Source: Octopus vulgaris (lineage: Eukaryota). Taken from it: a DNA stretch of 64,000 nt. A program made the translations under genes and the position numbers. Below are positions 63,720-64,000 of the stretch, piece by piece (position 1 is the stretch's first letter; each line of letters starts with the position of its first letter). Under the pieces are notes generated by a model. It was not told the origin of the DNA and made no database searches. It saw nothing but the letters and a program-made list of their open reading frames with translations. Where the stretch lies: assembly GCA_951406725.2 (NCBI GenBank), contig OX597818.1, forward strand, positions 61,008,001 to 61,072,000. The letters are read 5' to 3'.

Positions 63720-64000
63720 TGGCAGAAACGTTAGCACGTCGGGTGAAATGCTTAGCGTTATTTCGTCTGCCATTACGTTCTGAGTTCAAATTCCGCCAAG
63801 ATCGACTTTGCCTTTCATCCTTTTGGGGCCAATAAATTAAGTACCAGTTATGCACTGATGTCGATGTAATCGACTTAATCCCTTTGTCTGTCCTTGTTTG
63901 TCCTCTCTGTGTTTAGCCCCTTGTGGGTAGTAAAGAAATAGGTATTTCGTCTGCCGTTACATCCCGAGTTCAAATTCTGCCGAGATCGACTTTGCCTTTT
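63720..64000 (+). mobile_element. SINE family B (runs off the window)
   Basis: Family core with the start of a second unit. Confidence 0.8.

Overview
This is AT-rich, repeat-dense animal DNA. The SINE/RTE repeat families and (TA/CA)n tracts suggest an octopod cephalopod (inference from recall, not a search). The window holds the 3' part of one long minus-strand gene, a nephrin / sticks-and-stones / SYG-2-like gene. Five phase-compatible GT-AG exons (48182-48022, 45952-45784, 42150-42014, 35428-35215, 18818-18679) encode about 273 aa of Tyr/Pro-rich cytoplasmic tail ending ...LEMKGHLV*, compared with human nephrin ...FELRGHLV*. A probable ~4 kb 3'UTR follows. I also found three candidate small exons: an 18-nt frame-preserving microexon and a 59-nt + 10-nt pair that keeps frame only together. 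The rest is tRNA-derived SINEs, RTE and CR1/Jockey-like LINE fragments, piggyBac-like and hAT MITEs, a mariner remnant, a non-autonomous Helitron, a 45-bp minisatellite and a tRNA-Gly pseudogene. The most unusual signal is a set of Penelope-type elements carrying minimal hammerhead ribozymes. One is a tRNA-headed hammerhead SINE, inserted three times within 4 kb as head-to-head pairs with target-site duplications. There is also an intact hammerhead on the host pre-mRNA strand at 63069-63154. Nearly all ORFs in the supplied track are spurious repeat translations. All coordinates were read by eye, and repeat boundaries are approximate.
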